This document shows positions 51,503 through 51,686 of a stretch of DNA of 51,686 nucleotides, in pieces. A program made the translations under genes and the position numbers. Every line of letters begins with the position of its first letter. Positions within the stretch are counted from its first letter, which is position 1. The notes beneath the pieces were generated by a model. The model saw only the letters and a list, made by a program, of their open reading frames with translations. It made no database searches and was not told the origin of the DNA. The stretch is from Paraspadella gotoi (taxonomy: Eukaryota; Animalia; Chaetognatha): contig CM119265.1 of the NCBI GenBank assembly GCA_051294375.1, positions 27,845,435 through 27,897,120 of the forward strand, given 5' to 3'.

Positions 51503-51686
51503 TCAAAATGGAAAAATACTTAATCATATTGTAACTAACAAAATGTTTTAGAAAATGTTTTTTGTTATTTTTTTTTAAATTCAAGGAAATTTAAGATGTC
51601 AGTGATCACTGCCGCGGCGCTAGCAGTCTTAACAAATGAACAACCTACTATAGGCAAATTATATGCATTTTTAACGTAAGTGGGAC

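Overview
Eukaryotic, probably animal, draft-genome sequence dominated by microsatellites ((GA)n, (GAT)n, (GAC)n, (GAAA)n), low-complexity tracts, minisatellites and N gaps. No intact conserved gene, rRNA or CRISPR array is visible, and nearly all listed ORFs are repeat by-products. Much of the large-scale structure looks like noisy long-read gap filling. There are two multi-kb inverted duplications (3.4-9.9 kb and 24.9-41.2 kb), direct re-copies, five gaps of exactly 25 N, a segment where C is systematically read as A (8.8-13.9 kb) and one where A is read as C (22.1-23.7 kb). Likely biological content: a frameshifted Ty3/Gypsy RNase H-integrase fragment (44.3-45.8 kb), two tRNA-Leu 3' halves with encoded CCA in LTR/PBS-like context, an Asp-rich repeat ORF (28.7-29.7 kb), Helentron/HINE-like ends, a 70-bp satellite and a 79-bp repeat that multiplies a splice donor. 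I cannot support a claim of a new biological system. The tRNA-CCA fragments and the Asp-rich ORF are the best leads.
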